DNA of 64,000 nucleotides, from contig CAZEKG010000002.1 in NCBI GenBank assembly GCA_964512625.1, positions 201,102 through 265,101 on the forward strand. Direction: 5' to 3'. Below the pieces are notes generated by a model, which was given only the letters and a program-made list of their open reading frames with translations, ran no database searches and was not told where the DNA came from. The DNA comes from an uncultured Gammaproteobacteria bacterium. Lineage in GTDB: Bacteria > Patescibacteriota > Patescibacteriia > 2-01-FULL-39-33. A program made the position numbers and the translations under genes. Below are positions 1 to 9,212 of the stretch, piece by piece (the first letter of the stretch is position 1; each line of letters opens with the position of its first letter).

Positions 1-34
1 GGCCCCGAGGGCGGCAAGGTGCTTAGATGAAAAT

Positions 35-57
35 AGAGCCTTAATCGGCTCTTTTTA
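35..57 (+). terminator. Rho-independent terminator-like hairpin (agagcc-ttaatc-ggctct followed by TTTTT), probably ending a gene upstream of the window
   Basis: Perfect 6-bp stem with 6-nt loop followed by a T-run; seen directly. Confidence 0.4.
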
Positions 58-86
58 AATTGCCCCTTCCATGTTAAAATCCTTTC

Positions 87-1340
87 ATGGACCTCTTTGA
101 TCAAAAAATGCAGGAAAACTTAACGCGGGAAGCGCCTTTAGCTGAAAGAATGCGCCCAAGAGATCTGGACGAATTTTTCGGTCAGGAAGAAATTATCGGT
201 AAAAAGTCGCCGCTTAGAAGACTAATGGAAAATGATCAAGTGCCTTCCATGATTTTTTGGGGGCCGCCCGGAACTGGGAAGACGACTTTAGCCCGGATCA
301 TCGCCTCTTTAACCGGCAGTGAATTTGTTTCTTTTTCCGCGGTTACTTCTGGCGTCGGCGATCTTAGGCAGATTATTAAAGCGGCGCAGGATAATCTTAA
401 ATTTCATAATAAACGGACGATTCTTTTCATTGATGAGATTCATCGTTGGAATAAGGCTCAGCAAGATGCCCTTTTGCCTTATGTGGAAAACGGCGTCTTA
501 GTCTTAATCGGCGCAACGACTGAGAATCCTAGCTTCGAAGTTAATTCGGCCTTGCTTTCCAGGTCAAGAGTTTTTGTCTTAAGCCAGCTTGAGGAAAAAG
601 CGATCTTGAAGATTTTAAAACGAGCGCTTAGCGACTCCGATATCGGTTTAGGGAAATTGAAGATTGAAATTAGCGATAATGATTTAAAAGTCTTGGCTCG
701 GTTGGCTAATGGCGACGCTAGGAGTGCTCTTAATGCTTTAGAAATCTCCGTTAAATCGGCTAAAGCGAAAAATGGTATAATTAAATTAGATGAAGAGCTG
801 ATCAAAAAAGCGGTCCAAAAGTCGCATCTTTATGATCGAGCTGGTGATCAGCATTACAATCTTATTTCCGCGCTTCATAAATCAATGCGAGGCAGTAATG
901 CTGATGCGGCACTTTATTGGCTGGCGCGCATGTTAGAAGCGGGAGAAGATCCGCTCTATATCGCTAGGCGCTTAGTCCGTTTCGCTTCCGAGGATATTGG
1001 TTTAGCGAATTCTAAGGCGCTTGAACAGGCGGTGGCCGGTTATCAGGCTTGCCATTATATTGGTATGCCGGAGTGCAATGTTATTTTAGCTCAAGTTGTC
1101 GTTTATCTTTCGAAGTGTAAGAAGAGCAATGAGCTATATATGGCTTACGGCCAAGTTAAAAAAGATGTCATGGAAACGATGAGCGAGCCGGTACCGATTC
1201 ATCTTCGTAATGCTCCGACTAAGCTGATGAAGAATTTAGGCTATGGCAAGGATTATAAGTATTCGCCGGAGTATGATTATCAGGAGGAGCAAGAGTATCT
1301 ACCGGAGAGCTTAAAAGGCAAGAAATATTTAAAAATGTAG
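87..1340 (+). CDS. rarA: Replication-associated recombination protein A (RarA/MgsA), AAA+ ATPase
   Basis: Walker A GPPGTGKTT, Walker [13 protein letters not shown], and a C-terminal MgsA-type helical domain; 417 aa, typical length. Confidence 0.85.
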   Translation: MDLFDQKMQENLTREAPLAERMRPRDLDEFFGQEEIIGKKSPLRRLMENDQVPSMIFWGPPGTGKTTLARIIASLTGSEFVSFSAVTSGVGDLRQIIKAAQDNLKFHNKRTILFIDEIHRWNKAQQDALLPYVENGVLVLIGATTENPSFEVNSALLSRSRVFVLSQLEEKAILKILKRALSDSDIGLGKLKIEISDNDLKVLARLANGDARSALNALEISVKSAKAKNGIIKLDEELIKKAVQKSHLYDRAGDQHYNLISALHKSMRGSNADAALYWLARMLEAGEDPLYIARRLVRFASEDIGLANSKALEQAVAGYQACHYIGMPECNVILAQVVVYLSKCKKSNELYMAYGQVKKDVMETMSEPVPIHLRNAPTKLMKNLGYGKDYKYSPEYDYQEEQEYLPESLKGKKYLKM

Positions 1341-1389
1341 TTAGTGATTTAAAACTTTTTAACCATTTAACAATATAATAATTTAATTT

Positions 1390-1851
1390 ATGCTTCAAGA
1401 AAAAACAGTCGGCGTCATTCTTTTTAGGAAGAACCCGGAAATCGGCATCCAGTACTTGGCTTTATATTTAAAGAATGATTATTGGAATTTTCCCAAAGGC
1501 CATGTTGAAGAAGGCGAATCGGAAATGGAAACTGCCATTCGCGAGCTTTATGAGGAGACGGGGATTAAGGAAGTTAAGTTTATCGATGGCTGGCGTCAAC
1601 AAACTCAATTTATTTATAAAGAAATGCATCGGGAAAAGCCGGAATTCATCCGCAAGGATTTTGTTTTATACCTCGCTGAAGCGGATATGAAGACAAAAGT
1701 TAATTTACTTGTTAAGGAAGATAGTGGCGAGAAGATCAATGGTTATGCCTGGTTGGATTTTAAGATGGCTAATAAGTATTTGAAGTTTAAGAATCTTAAG
1801 GAGATTTTAAAAGAGGCTGATTCGTATTTGGCGACTATAAGCAATAAGTAG
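1390..1851 (+). CDS. NUDIX hydrolase
   Basis: Nudix box GHVEEGESEMETAIRELYEETGI (GX5EX7REUXEEXGU). Confidence 0.8.
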   Translation: MLQEKTVGVILFRKNPEIGIQYLALYLKNDYWNFPKGHVEEGESEMETAIRELYEETGIKEVKFIDGWRQQTQFIYKEMHREKPEFIRKDFVLYLAEADMKTKVNLLVKEDSGEKINGYAWLDFKMANKYLKFKNLKEILKEADSYLATISNK

Positions 1852-2074
1852 AAAGTAACAAGTAATAGGTAATAATTAATTGGTAATTTGTATTTGCGAG
1901 CGTTAAAAAATATTGAGCCAATTTTCGGCGGGAGCGACAGGAAATTATCGCAAGCGGAGCGTCAGATAATTTCCGGAAGCGAAGCCGAATAATTTGGCCA
2001 TGATTTTTTACAGCGAGCGATTTTTCTTTTTGTTAGCTTTTTCTTTTCTAAAAAAGAAAAAGTAAGAATAAGGA
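1852..2074 (+). repeat. Intergenic repeat family R1, copy A: GTAAYA-hexamer leader (1852-1890) plus a roughly 184-nt core (1891-2074)
   Basis: Core is about 98% identical to 14888-15070 and related in reverse complement to 28419-28599. Contains a perfect 10-bp hairpin (ggaaattatc...gataatttcc), a cttttct-aaaaa-agaaaag hairpin, and GCGAGCG direct repeats at both ends. Confidence 0.85.
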
Positions 2075-2130
2075 GTCATCAGCAAACCCCTCCTAATCTC
2101 CCCTTAGTAAGCCTGCCTGTCCGATAGGCA

Positions 2131-2138
2131 GGGGGGGG
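2131..2138. repeat. G8 homopolymer tract about 27 nt upstream of the queH start
   Basis: gggggggg in an AT-rich intergenic region; potential slipped-strand site. Confidence 0.5.
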
Positions 2139-2164
2139 ATACAAATTAGATTTTTTAAAATTTT

Positions 2165-2722
2165 ATGACTTTTGACTCCAAACCTCGCCTCCTCCTCCAC
2201 ATCTGTTGCGCCCCATGCAGTGGCTGGCTTTTTACTGAGCTTAAAAAAGAATTTCAAGTAACAGTTTATTACGATAATCCGAATATCCATCCGGAGGCGG
2301 AGTGGCTCAAAAGAGCTTCGGAAGCGGAAAAATTCTTTAAATCTCAAGGCGTTGATTTTATACTAGTTGATTGGAGCCATGATGATTGGCTAAAGATAAC
2401 TAAGGGCTTGGAAGCTGAGCCAGAAAGGGGGAAGCGCTGTCTTTTATGCTATCATTATCGATTAAAGAAAACGGCCGAGTTTGCTAAAAACAATGACTTC
2501 TCATATTTTGCTTGCTCGCTTTCGATCAGTCCTCATAAAAACACCACCGCCATCAATAATTTAGGCAAGGCTTTAGCAAAACAATATCAACTCAATTTCT
2601 TGGCTGAGGATTGGAAAAAAAATGAAGGTTATAAAAAAGCGGTTGAATTCAGTCGGGAAAATAATTTTTATCGACAGTTTTATTGCGGCTGTGAATTCTC
2701 TAAACTTGTTGCTCGAGATTGA
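2165..2722 (+). CDS. queH: Epoxyqueuosine reductase QueH (DUF208 family)
   Basis: N-terminal HICCAPCS cysteine motif and later CYHYRL/CGCEF motifs typical of QueH; 185 aa. Confidence 0.65.
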   Translation: MTFDSKPRLLLHICCAPCSGWLFTELKKEFQVTVYYDNPNIHPEAEWLKRASEAEKFFKSQGVDFILVDWSHDDWLKITKGLEAEPERGKRCLLCYHYRLKKTAEFAKNNDFSYFACSLSISPHKNTTAINNLGKALAKQYQLNFLAEDWKKNEGYKKAVEFSRENNFYRQFYCGCEFSKLVARD

Positions 2723-2764
2723 TTCGTGTTATAATTAAGCAATCAAGAGTAATTTTTTTAATCT

Positions 2765-3925
2765 ATGAAACGCCAATCAGCGCCTGCTTCTTCGGAAGAA
2801 AAAAAATCAGCCGCGACTTATCGCCGGAAAAAAGTTAAAGCGAAGTCTTCCGCTGTTAAGCTTCGTAATTCTCGCTTGGCTGCCGTTAAATCGGTCAGCG
2901 TTATCAAGCCAGTTAAAAAATCGACTGAAAAAAAGCCGGAATTAAAATCAAACAGTCTTAATAGCGCGTATTTTAAACGCTCTGCGCCGCTGCCGAAACA
3001 AGACTTCAATATGAGTTTGCCTGATTCTTACGAGCTTTTTACCCAAGCTTGGGCCATTTTAAAAAAGTTGTGGCAAGAAGTGATTTTAATCGGCATAATA
3101 CCGCTTATTCCTGTTGGTATTATGTTGTTATTGGCGTTGGCTTATATCGCTATTTCTTTGACGCCAATCAGTGAAGCGGCCCTTGGTATGGTTGCTATTG
3201 TTTTTGCTATTTTAGGCGTTGTTAATTTATTGGTGCTGGCTTTTGTTTCAATTGTTTGTAAGTACGCTCCGCTTTTTATGATTAAAGAGCGTAACGAAGA
3301 GGTTTTTGCCGGACAAATATTCCAGGAAGCCGTGCCTTATTTTTGGCGTTATTTAGGCTTAGCTATTTTAGTCGGCTTAGTTTGCGCCGCTGGCCTTGTT
3401 CTATTCTTCATTCCTGGAATAATTTGGGGGATTTGGTTTGCCTTTTCTTTAATTGTCTTGATAGCTGAGGGCAAAGGAGGTATAGAGGCGATGAAGCGCA
3501 GTAAGGAACTAGTTAAAGGCTATTGGTGGAGTGTTTTTAGTCGTTTAGTCGCTTTCGGTGTGGTTGCTTTTATTGCCAGTCTTCTCTTATCGATTGTTTT
3601 CAATATTCCGCTATCAGTTCTTAGTGACTTGGCTAAACAGCCTCAATCAGGTCAGTATCTTGGAACGATCGCTGTTTTAAGCGCGATTGTTTTTCTAGTA
3701 TCTTTGATTATGGTGGTTTTAGAATTCGTGATCACGATTGTCGGCCTCACTTACGTTTATCTTATTTATGAAAAACTGAAAACCATTAAGGAGTTGTCTT
3801 CCGATAGCCGGGAAAAAGTTTCCCCGGGCCAAAAGATCTTGTTATCAATAGTAATGGCCTTGCCTTTAGCTCTAATCTTTATCGGTTTTATACTGGCTTT
3901 GATTTTTTCTGTACCAATAGATTAG
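2765..3925 (+). CDS. Polytopic membrane protein with a Lys/Ser-rich basic N-terminal tail (DUF975-like topology)
   Basis: Basic low-complexity N-terminus followed by several hydrophobic helices; no catalytic motif recognised. Confidence 0.5.
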   Translation: MKRQSAPASSEEKKSAATYRRKKVKAKSSAVKLRNSRLAAVKSVSVIKPVKKSTEKKPELKSNSLNSAYFKRSAPLPKQDFNMSLPDSYELFTQAWAILKKLWQEVILIGIIPLIPVGIMLLLALAYIAISLTPISEAALGMVAIVFAILGVVNLLVLAFVSIVCKYAPLFMIKERNEEVFAGQIFQEAVPYFWRYLGLAILVGLVCAAGLVLFFIPGIIWGIWFAFSLIVLIAEGKGGIEAMKRSKELVKGYWWSVFSRLVAFGVVAFIASLLLSIVFNIPLSVLSDLAKQPQSGQYLGTIAVLSAIVFLVSLIMVVLEFVITIVGLTYVYLIYEKLKTIKELSSDSREKVSPGQKILLSIVMALPLALIFIGFILALIFSVPID

Positions 3926-4022
3926 AAAGTAATCGATCAATTCAATGTATTTTCATAGTCACTTAAATTATAGTAGTCTTGACTATTAACTAGATAATTA
4001 GTATTTTAAAAGAGCTAAAAAT

Positions 4023-4466
4023 ATGAATCCAGAGAAAGAAATCAAACAAAAGACAGTCCTCGTGACTAAGCAAAAAACGGCCATATTTATCGCTTTCTTA
4101 GCTTTTTTGGTGGTTTTTTCCGGCTTTTTCATCTTTAAAGGGGTCGGACAGGGCAGATTTACGGTTGAAAAATCGGAGGAAAAGGTAGATATGGTAAAGT
4201 TAGAAGCCTCTTATAAAGAGGGTTTTACTAAGATTTTAAATGAGTATTTAAGTTCCGCTAAGCTCGGCGAGAATGGTTTGAAAGAAAAAACCGATAACGC
4301 GGAGCAACGACTGCTGGGTTTAAAAGTCCCGCCTAAGTATAAGGAAGCGCATTTAAATGCCGTTCTGGTATTGGTTTCAATTAGCGACAGCTTGGCTAAA
4401 AACGCCTCTAATGATGTTTCCCTCGAATTAGGGAAGCTTTCCAGCCTCTTATCCGGCTTGCAATAA
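4023..4466 (+). CDS. Small single-pass membrane protein, hypothetical
   Basis: One N-terminal TM helix (IFIAFLAFLVVFSGFFIF) and a soluble tail. Confidence 0.4.
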   Translation: MNPEKEIKQKTVLVTKQKTAIFIAFLAFLVVFSGFFIFKGVGQGRFTVEKSEEKVDMVKLEASYKEGFTKILNEYLSSAKLGENGLKEKTDNAEQRLLGLKVPPKYKEAHLNAVLVLVSISDSLAKNASNDVSLELGKLSSLLSGLQ

Positions 4467-4479
4467 TAATAGAACAAGA

Positions 4480-5310
4480 ATGTTTTTTCTGATCTTAAGG
4501 TTTTTGCCTTTTATAATTCCGCTAGCTTTGATAGCTTCGTTTTTTTCCGCTTTATTTTTTACGGCCAGCTGGCCTTGGTTCTTAGTTACGGTTATAATTC
4601 TTGATCTTCTTTATTTCTACTTGCTTTCAAGAAAAATAGAGAAAAGAAAGAGTGTTGATTTGTTGATTAATTTCTTTTCCTTTGGTTTTTTTAAACGCAG
4701 CCCGAATATAAAGAAATTAGCTTATTATTTTTTTAATTCCCTGATAATTATCGGCAGCGGTTTCCTTTTTGTTATTTTATTGACTAACCAGGTAATTATT
4801 TATATTTTTATTTTTCTTTGGGGTTTTATCCTGGTTTCCTATCTTGAGTCGGTTTTCAATCATGTTTACGAAACGACAGAAAGATTTATTATTAGCTTAA
4901 AGAATGTTACCGATTATATAAATTTGGCGGTCGTTTTCATTCTTCAAGCCGCCTTAGCCAATTTGTATATTTTCTTGGATTTTCCTCTTTGGCTGGCGCT
5001 TATCATTTCTGCCGTTTCCAGTTTTATTCTTATTTACAATTATTTCATAACCCAAGAAGTGGAGGATAAAACGGCTTTAATATATTCGGCGGTACTAACT
5101 CTCTTGCTTGTGGAGCTTGGCTTGGTGGTTAATCGTCTTCCTTTGAGTTTTTATGTCTCGGCCATTTTAATGGCTTTGCCGTATTACTTATTAACTAGAT
5201 TTTCTTTACTCTGGTTAAAGAAGGAATGGAATAGAAAAAAAGCCTGGCAGTATTTAGGCTTTGCTTTCGTAGCTTTACTTTTTGTCTTATTAACCTCTCA
5301 ATGGCTTTAA
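4480..5310 (+). CDS. Integral membrane protein, hypothetical (about 7-8 TM)
   Basis: Hydrophobic throughout; 4-nt spacing to neighbouring genes. Confidence 0.45.
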   Translation: MFFLILRFLPFIIPLALIASFFSALFFTASWPWFLVTVIILDLLYFYLLSRKIEKRKSVDLLINFFSFGFFKRSPNIKKLAYYFFNSLIIIGSGFLFVILLTNQVIIYIFIFLWGFILVSYLESVFNHVYETTERFIISLKNVTDYINLAVVFILQAALANLYIFLDFPLWLALIISAVSSFILIYNYFITQEVEDKTALIYSAVLTLLLVELGLVVNRLPLSFYVSAILMALPYYLLTRFSLLWLKKEWNRKKAWQYLGFAFVALLFVLLTSQWL

Positions 5311-5320
5311 TTTTAAAAAA

Positions 5321-6409
5321 ATGAAAAAATTCAACCCCAATACCTTACTGATCATTATCTTGCCTATCATCTTCGGTTTTTTAGCCGGAATTCTAGGGGT
5401 TAGTTTCCTTGGCTCTTCTAATCTTGGTTTACCTTTCTGGGGGAGGCTTAATGTTTCTAATATCAATTCGGGAGAAAGGATTGTAATTGATCAGCCGCGT
5501 AATGTTATTGTTGAGCAGGATCTCCAAATAAAGCAATTGGAAAATAGTTTATTGCCGGCTTTAATGAATGTCTATTTAAAGGTTAAGGATTCAAACGATC
5601 CCATTCAAAAGGCTTATTCTGGAGCGGAATTATTGGGCCAGGGTTTCGCTTTAACTTCCAATGGTTGGATTATTACTAACAAATCAGTTATTGCTAATAG
5701 TAAGGAGGCTCACGAAGTCATTGGTTATCAGAATAAGAATTATTTATTGGGCAGTTATATTGAAGACGCCGGAACGGGCATAGTTTTTGCTAAAGCTGAT
5801 TCTCAAAACTTGACTGTAGCTAATATTGGGCGCTCTAAAGATTTGATTGTAGGCCAAACAGTTGCGATCGTTTCGCAAAGAGGTAGAGTTGAGCTGACTC
5901 ATATCTCTAAGATAGGTTACAATTTTAAAAATAATCAGGAATTACTACAATCCTCGGAGAGTTATAATAAAGAGATCTTTATTGATATGACCCTGGACAA
6001 GTCTCATAACGGTGGCGTCTTAACTAATCTTAAAGGCGATGTAGTCGGTATTATTAACGAGGGCCGGATTATTCCTTCTGATTATTTTAAAGAAGCTATT
6101 AATCAGGTCTTAGGCGGCCAAAAGATAGTCAGGCCGAAGCTGGGAGTTAATTATCTTGATTTGTCTCAAACTGACGGCTTGATCCAATATGGCGACAAGG
6201 GAGCTTTAATCGCTGGGCCGGTTCTTAAGGAAAGCCCTTCTTTTAATAAGCTTAAGGAGGGTGATATCATAAAAAAAGTTAATGACGCGGAGCTGAATTC
6301 TTTCCAAAGCCTTTCCGAACTATTATTGAATTACAAACCAGGCAATAAGGTCGATCTAACGGTTTTGCGCTCAGGAAAAGAAATCAGTATCGAGGTATTC
6401 CTAAAATAG
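5321..6409 (+). CDS. HtrA/DegP-like trypsin-fold protease homolog with a C-terminal PDZ domain; the catalytic Ser motif appears degenerate
   Basis: N-terminal TM; trypsin-like core (GQGFALTSNGWIITN...); SHNGGVL in place of GNSGGPL; C-terminal PDZ-like region (EGDIIKKVNDAELNSFQSL...). Confidence 0.6.
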   Translation: MKKFNPNTLLIIILPIIFGFLAGILGVSFLGSSNLGLPFWGRLNVSNINSGERIVIDQPRNVIVEQDLQIKQLENSLLPALMNVYLKVKDSNDPIQKAYSGAELLGQGFALTSNGWIITNKSVIANSKEAHEVIGYQNKNYLLGSYIEDAGTGIVFAKADSQNLTVANIGRSKDLIVGQTVAIVSQRGRVELTHISKIGYNFKNNQELLQSSESYNKEIFIDMTLDKSHNGGVLTNLKGDVVGIINEGRIIPSDYFKEAINQVLGGQKIVRPKLGVNYLDLSQTDGLIQYGDKGALIAGPVLKESPSFNKLKEGDIIKKVNDAELNSFQSLSELLLNYKPGNKVDLTVLRSGKEISIEVFLK

Positions 6410-6424
6410 TTCTGAATAATCCTT

Positions 6425-9094
6425 ATGTTAGATAGCTTAAAAAGAACTCTTAGCTTTTTACTAAGGGTTTTTTGTTTAAAAAATAATTATAAAGCCTTGT
6501 TTTTAGAAAGCTGGAAATCATTTTTATCCCTGATACGGAAACATTATAAAGTGTTAGCTCTTATTCTCTTTTCTTTTTTGGCGCTTTCTTTTTCTCTTAG
6601 TTTTTATGATAGTCGGGAGATAGATCGGATTAGTCTCAAGGTTAATAAGGCTGCTGGTGAAGAAATAGGATTGATTCCTTTGGCTAAACTTTCCGGTTCT
6701 TCAGTGATGGAAAGGCTTAGACAAGTTAAAGGAAGTCCAGGAGAATGGCTTATTGATAAATATCCGGTTGATAAAATATTTATCGGTTTTGATAAAAAAA
6801 GTTTGGTCGGAGTTGATAATCTTGAAGTTATAATCGGAGAGAAGAGTCATTCCTTCGATAAAGAGGCAATCGCTCTTTGGCCGGAGGCGAGCAAGGGAAT
6901 CAAGGATTATTATTCCGTTGTTTACGGCGAAGAAAAATCAATTTTAGTTCTTGAAGCGCCAATCGTCGGGGAAAAAGGCAGTTTGAATTTATCAAGGTCA
7001 AGTGCTTTAGATCGGAGCCTGGCTTATTTCTTTAAGTTATTAGCGGTTTGTTTCGCTCTTTTCATTTATCTTTTTCTAACTCGTTTTTTCTTTAAGGATT
7101 TTTTTAGTCCCAAAGGGAATTTAGAAACTAATGAGGCCGCTGAGAAGGATAATTTTTTGCTTTTTTCCTTAACCTTGATTTTTTCCAGCCTTTTTCTAAT
7201 TATTTTAAATATAGTCTTAGCTTATTTTTATCATTCGGAAACTCTTAATCAGCTCATCGCTGCCAAAGAAATATATTTAGACCGTCTTTTGCCGCGCTTT
7301 TATCCTAAGCCCTTGGAGAGGATGCAATTTATCCTAAGCGTTTTATTAAGTCCCTTTATAGCGGTCGTTGGCCTGGTTATTTTTAGAAAGCTGTTAAGCA
7401 AGTTGTCCGGATTAAAGATGGATTTATTTTATCGCTTACTTTTCTTTTCTTCTTTTATTAGTTTATTATTCTTTATTTTTTTCTCGCTGGCGAACAGTGG
7501 CTATTATTTCTTAAGGAGTAGTATCTTATTTTACAGCCCCTGGAATCTTGTTTATCTAGTATTCTTTTATCCTTTGTTGTTGGCGTTCTTGCTATACAAT
7601 AAAAAGCATGAATGGAAAAAGTTCTACTTATTTTTGCTTTACGGCTCTCTTTTTTCGGCGGTCATTTATGTTTTTTTTATCAATCTTAGCAGTTTGAATA
7701 ATGTTTATGATCCTTATCATTTCAATCCGATTTTCTATCCCTCTTCTCAGTTGATTTTCGGCAAGACTTTATTGGTCGACTTTAATAGTTTTTACGGCTT
7801 ATTCCCGGCTTTCCTTAATCCTATTTTTAAAGTTATCGGATTATCCGTTCTTAGCTTTTCAGCGGTTATGGCGGTTATTTTTTGTATTTGCTACGCCTTA
7901 ATTTTCTTTTTCTTGAAAAAAAACATAAAAAACAACCTTATTTTTTTAACCGGCTTCCTTAGTATTTTTTCTTGGCTTGCGTGGTTGCGATTTTGGCCGA
8001 TAAGGCTTATTTTTCCTTTCTTGATGATTTTTATTTCCTCTTATTATTTTAGGAAGAAATCTGATTTTTTATATTATTTTTCATTTATCATTTTTGGGAT
8101 CGGTTTGTTATGGAACCTGGAGGTCGGCTTAGTCGTTTTCTTTTCTTGGTTATTAACTTTGATTTATGATGATCTTCATCTTAAAGATTGGCGCGTCGTT
8201 ATTAAAAAAATCGGCCGACATATAATAACCGGAATCGGATCTTTGATTTTAGTTTTCGGTTCTTTCACTTTAGTATCTTATTGGGGAAGCGGCAAGTTAA
8301 TCGATTGGCTTAATCTTTTAAAATATCAGGGTTTAGTGCTTTCCGGTTATTTTATGGTTCCCATGCCGAGCCTGCCTCATTTTTGGGGCTTAGTAATCCT
8401 AGTTTATTTATCAGGCTTAGTTTACGCCCTTAAGTTATTATTAGAGCGCCGGCAGACTCTTAAGGGAACGATAATATTCTTGTTATCGGTTTTCGGAGTC
8501 GGTTTATTCGGTTATTATGAGAGCATCCCTCATGACGTAAGGTTAATCGCGCCCGCTTTTCCGGTTCTACTTATTTTAATTATTTATGCCGATGAGTTGT
8601 GGGATTATTTAAAGCAAAAAGGCTTAGGTTTTAATCCCGGCTCTTTGGTTTTTATTATAATAACTATATTTTTATTTTCCGCCCCTTTAAGTTTATTAGC
8701 TTTTTTGCCAAGCAAGGCTAAGGAATTAAAAAATAATATCGTTTCGACTTTTTCTTCAGTCGATTCTCTTGTTTCTCGCAATGTTGATTTCATAAAGAGC
8801 CATACTAAGAAAGGCGAAGCAGTCTTAATTTTTGCCGAGTCTTTTGACGGGGTTTATTACACTGAATCAAAGACTAAATCGGCCCTGCCGCTGCCATCCT
8901 CGACTGATTATTTTTTTAAAGCCGAAATAAAGATGCTCGTTGATTTTTTAAATAATAATAAAACGACAAAAATCTTCATTTATCCGGCTGATTATGTAAC
9001 TTCCGATAAGGAGGTAGGGGAGGTTTTGAGCAATAAATACCGGGTTCTGGAAATAAGTCTTGACGGTATGGCGCTATTAGGGAGAAAGGAATAA
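6425..9094 (+). CDS. Large polytopic membrane protein (889 aa), possibly a GT-C-like glycosyltransferase; function unknown
   Basis: More than 15 predicted TM helices plus a C-terminal soluble domain; no diagnostic motif. Confidence 0.4.
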   Translation: MLDSLKRTLSFLLRVFCLKNNYKALFLESWKSFLSLIRKHYKVLALILFSFLALSFSLSFYDSREIDRISLKVNKAAGEEIGLIPLAKLSGSSVMERLRQVKGSPGEWLIDKYPVDKIFIGFDKKSLVGVDNLEVIIGEKSHSFDKEAIALWPEASKGIKDYYSVVYGEEKSILVLEAPIVGEKGSLNLSRSSALDRSLAYFFKLLAVCFALFIYLFLTRFFFKDFFSPKGNLETNEAAEKDNFLLFSLTLIFSSLFLIILNIVLAYFYHSETLNQLIAAKEIYLDRLLPRFYPKPLERMQFILSVLLSPFIAVVGLVIFRKLLSKLSGLKMDLFYRLLFFSSFISLLFFIFFSLANSGYYFLRSSILFYSPWNLVYLVFFYPLLLAFLLYNKKHEWKKFYLFLLYGSLFSAVIYVFFINLSSLNNVYDPYHFNPIFYPSSQLIFGKTLLVDFNSFYGLFPAFLNPIFKVIGLSVLSFSAVMAVIFCICYALIFFFLKKNIKNNLIFLTGFLSIFSWLAWLRFWPIRLIFPFLMIFISSYYFRKKSDFLYYFSFIIFGIGLLWNLEVGLVVFFSWLLTLIYDDLHLKDWRVVIKKIGRHIITGIGSLILVFGSFTLVSYWGSGKLIDWLNLLKYQGLVLSGYFMVPMPSLPHFWGLVILVYLSGLVYALKLLLERRQTLKGTIIFLLSVFGVGLFGYYESIPHDVRLIAPAFPVLLILIIYADELWDYLKQKGLGFNPGSLVFIIITIFLFSAPLSLLAFLPSKAKELKNNIVSTFSSVDSLVSRNVDFIKSHTKKGEAVLIFAESFDGVYYTESKTKSALPLPSSTDYFFKAEIKMLVDFLNNNKTTKIFIYPADYVTSDKEVGEVLSNKYRVLEISLDGMALLGRKE

Positions 9095-9112
9095 TTGACC
9101 GGCGATCAGGGC

Positions 9113-9142
9113 TTGTCATTTACCCCTTAAAAGTTATATAAT
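9113..9142 (+). promoter_or_regulatory. Putative sigma70 promoter for dnaE (-35 ttgtca, -10 tatata/tataat)
   Basis: TTGTCA, 16-18 nt, TATATAAT, about 70 nt upstream of the dnaE ATG; a hairpin (aaagcc...gggcttt) lies in the leader. Confidence 0.35.
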
Positions 9143-9212
9143 TGAGTTATTCTTTAAGTAATTAAAAGCCTTTAACGCGTTAAGGGCTTTTGTCTTTTAA
9201 TCTAGGGTTCTC

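Noticed and set aside
319-805. ORFs 319..501(+) and 479..805(-) inside or antisense to rarA
   Set aside because: They overlap a well-supported AAA+ gene in other frames; no independent signals
1852-2074. Possibility that the R1/GTAAYA repeats are a CRISPR array
   Set aside because: No regular short repeat-spacer periodicity; the copies are about 185 nt and dispersed 13-14 kb apart; no cas genes
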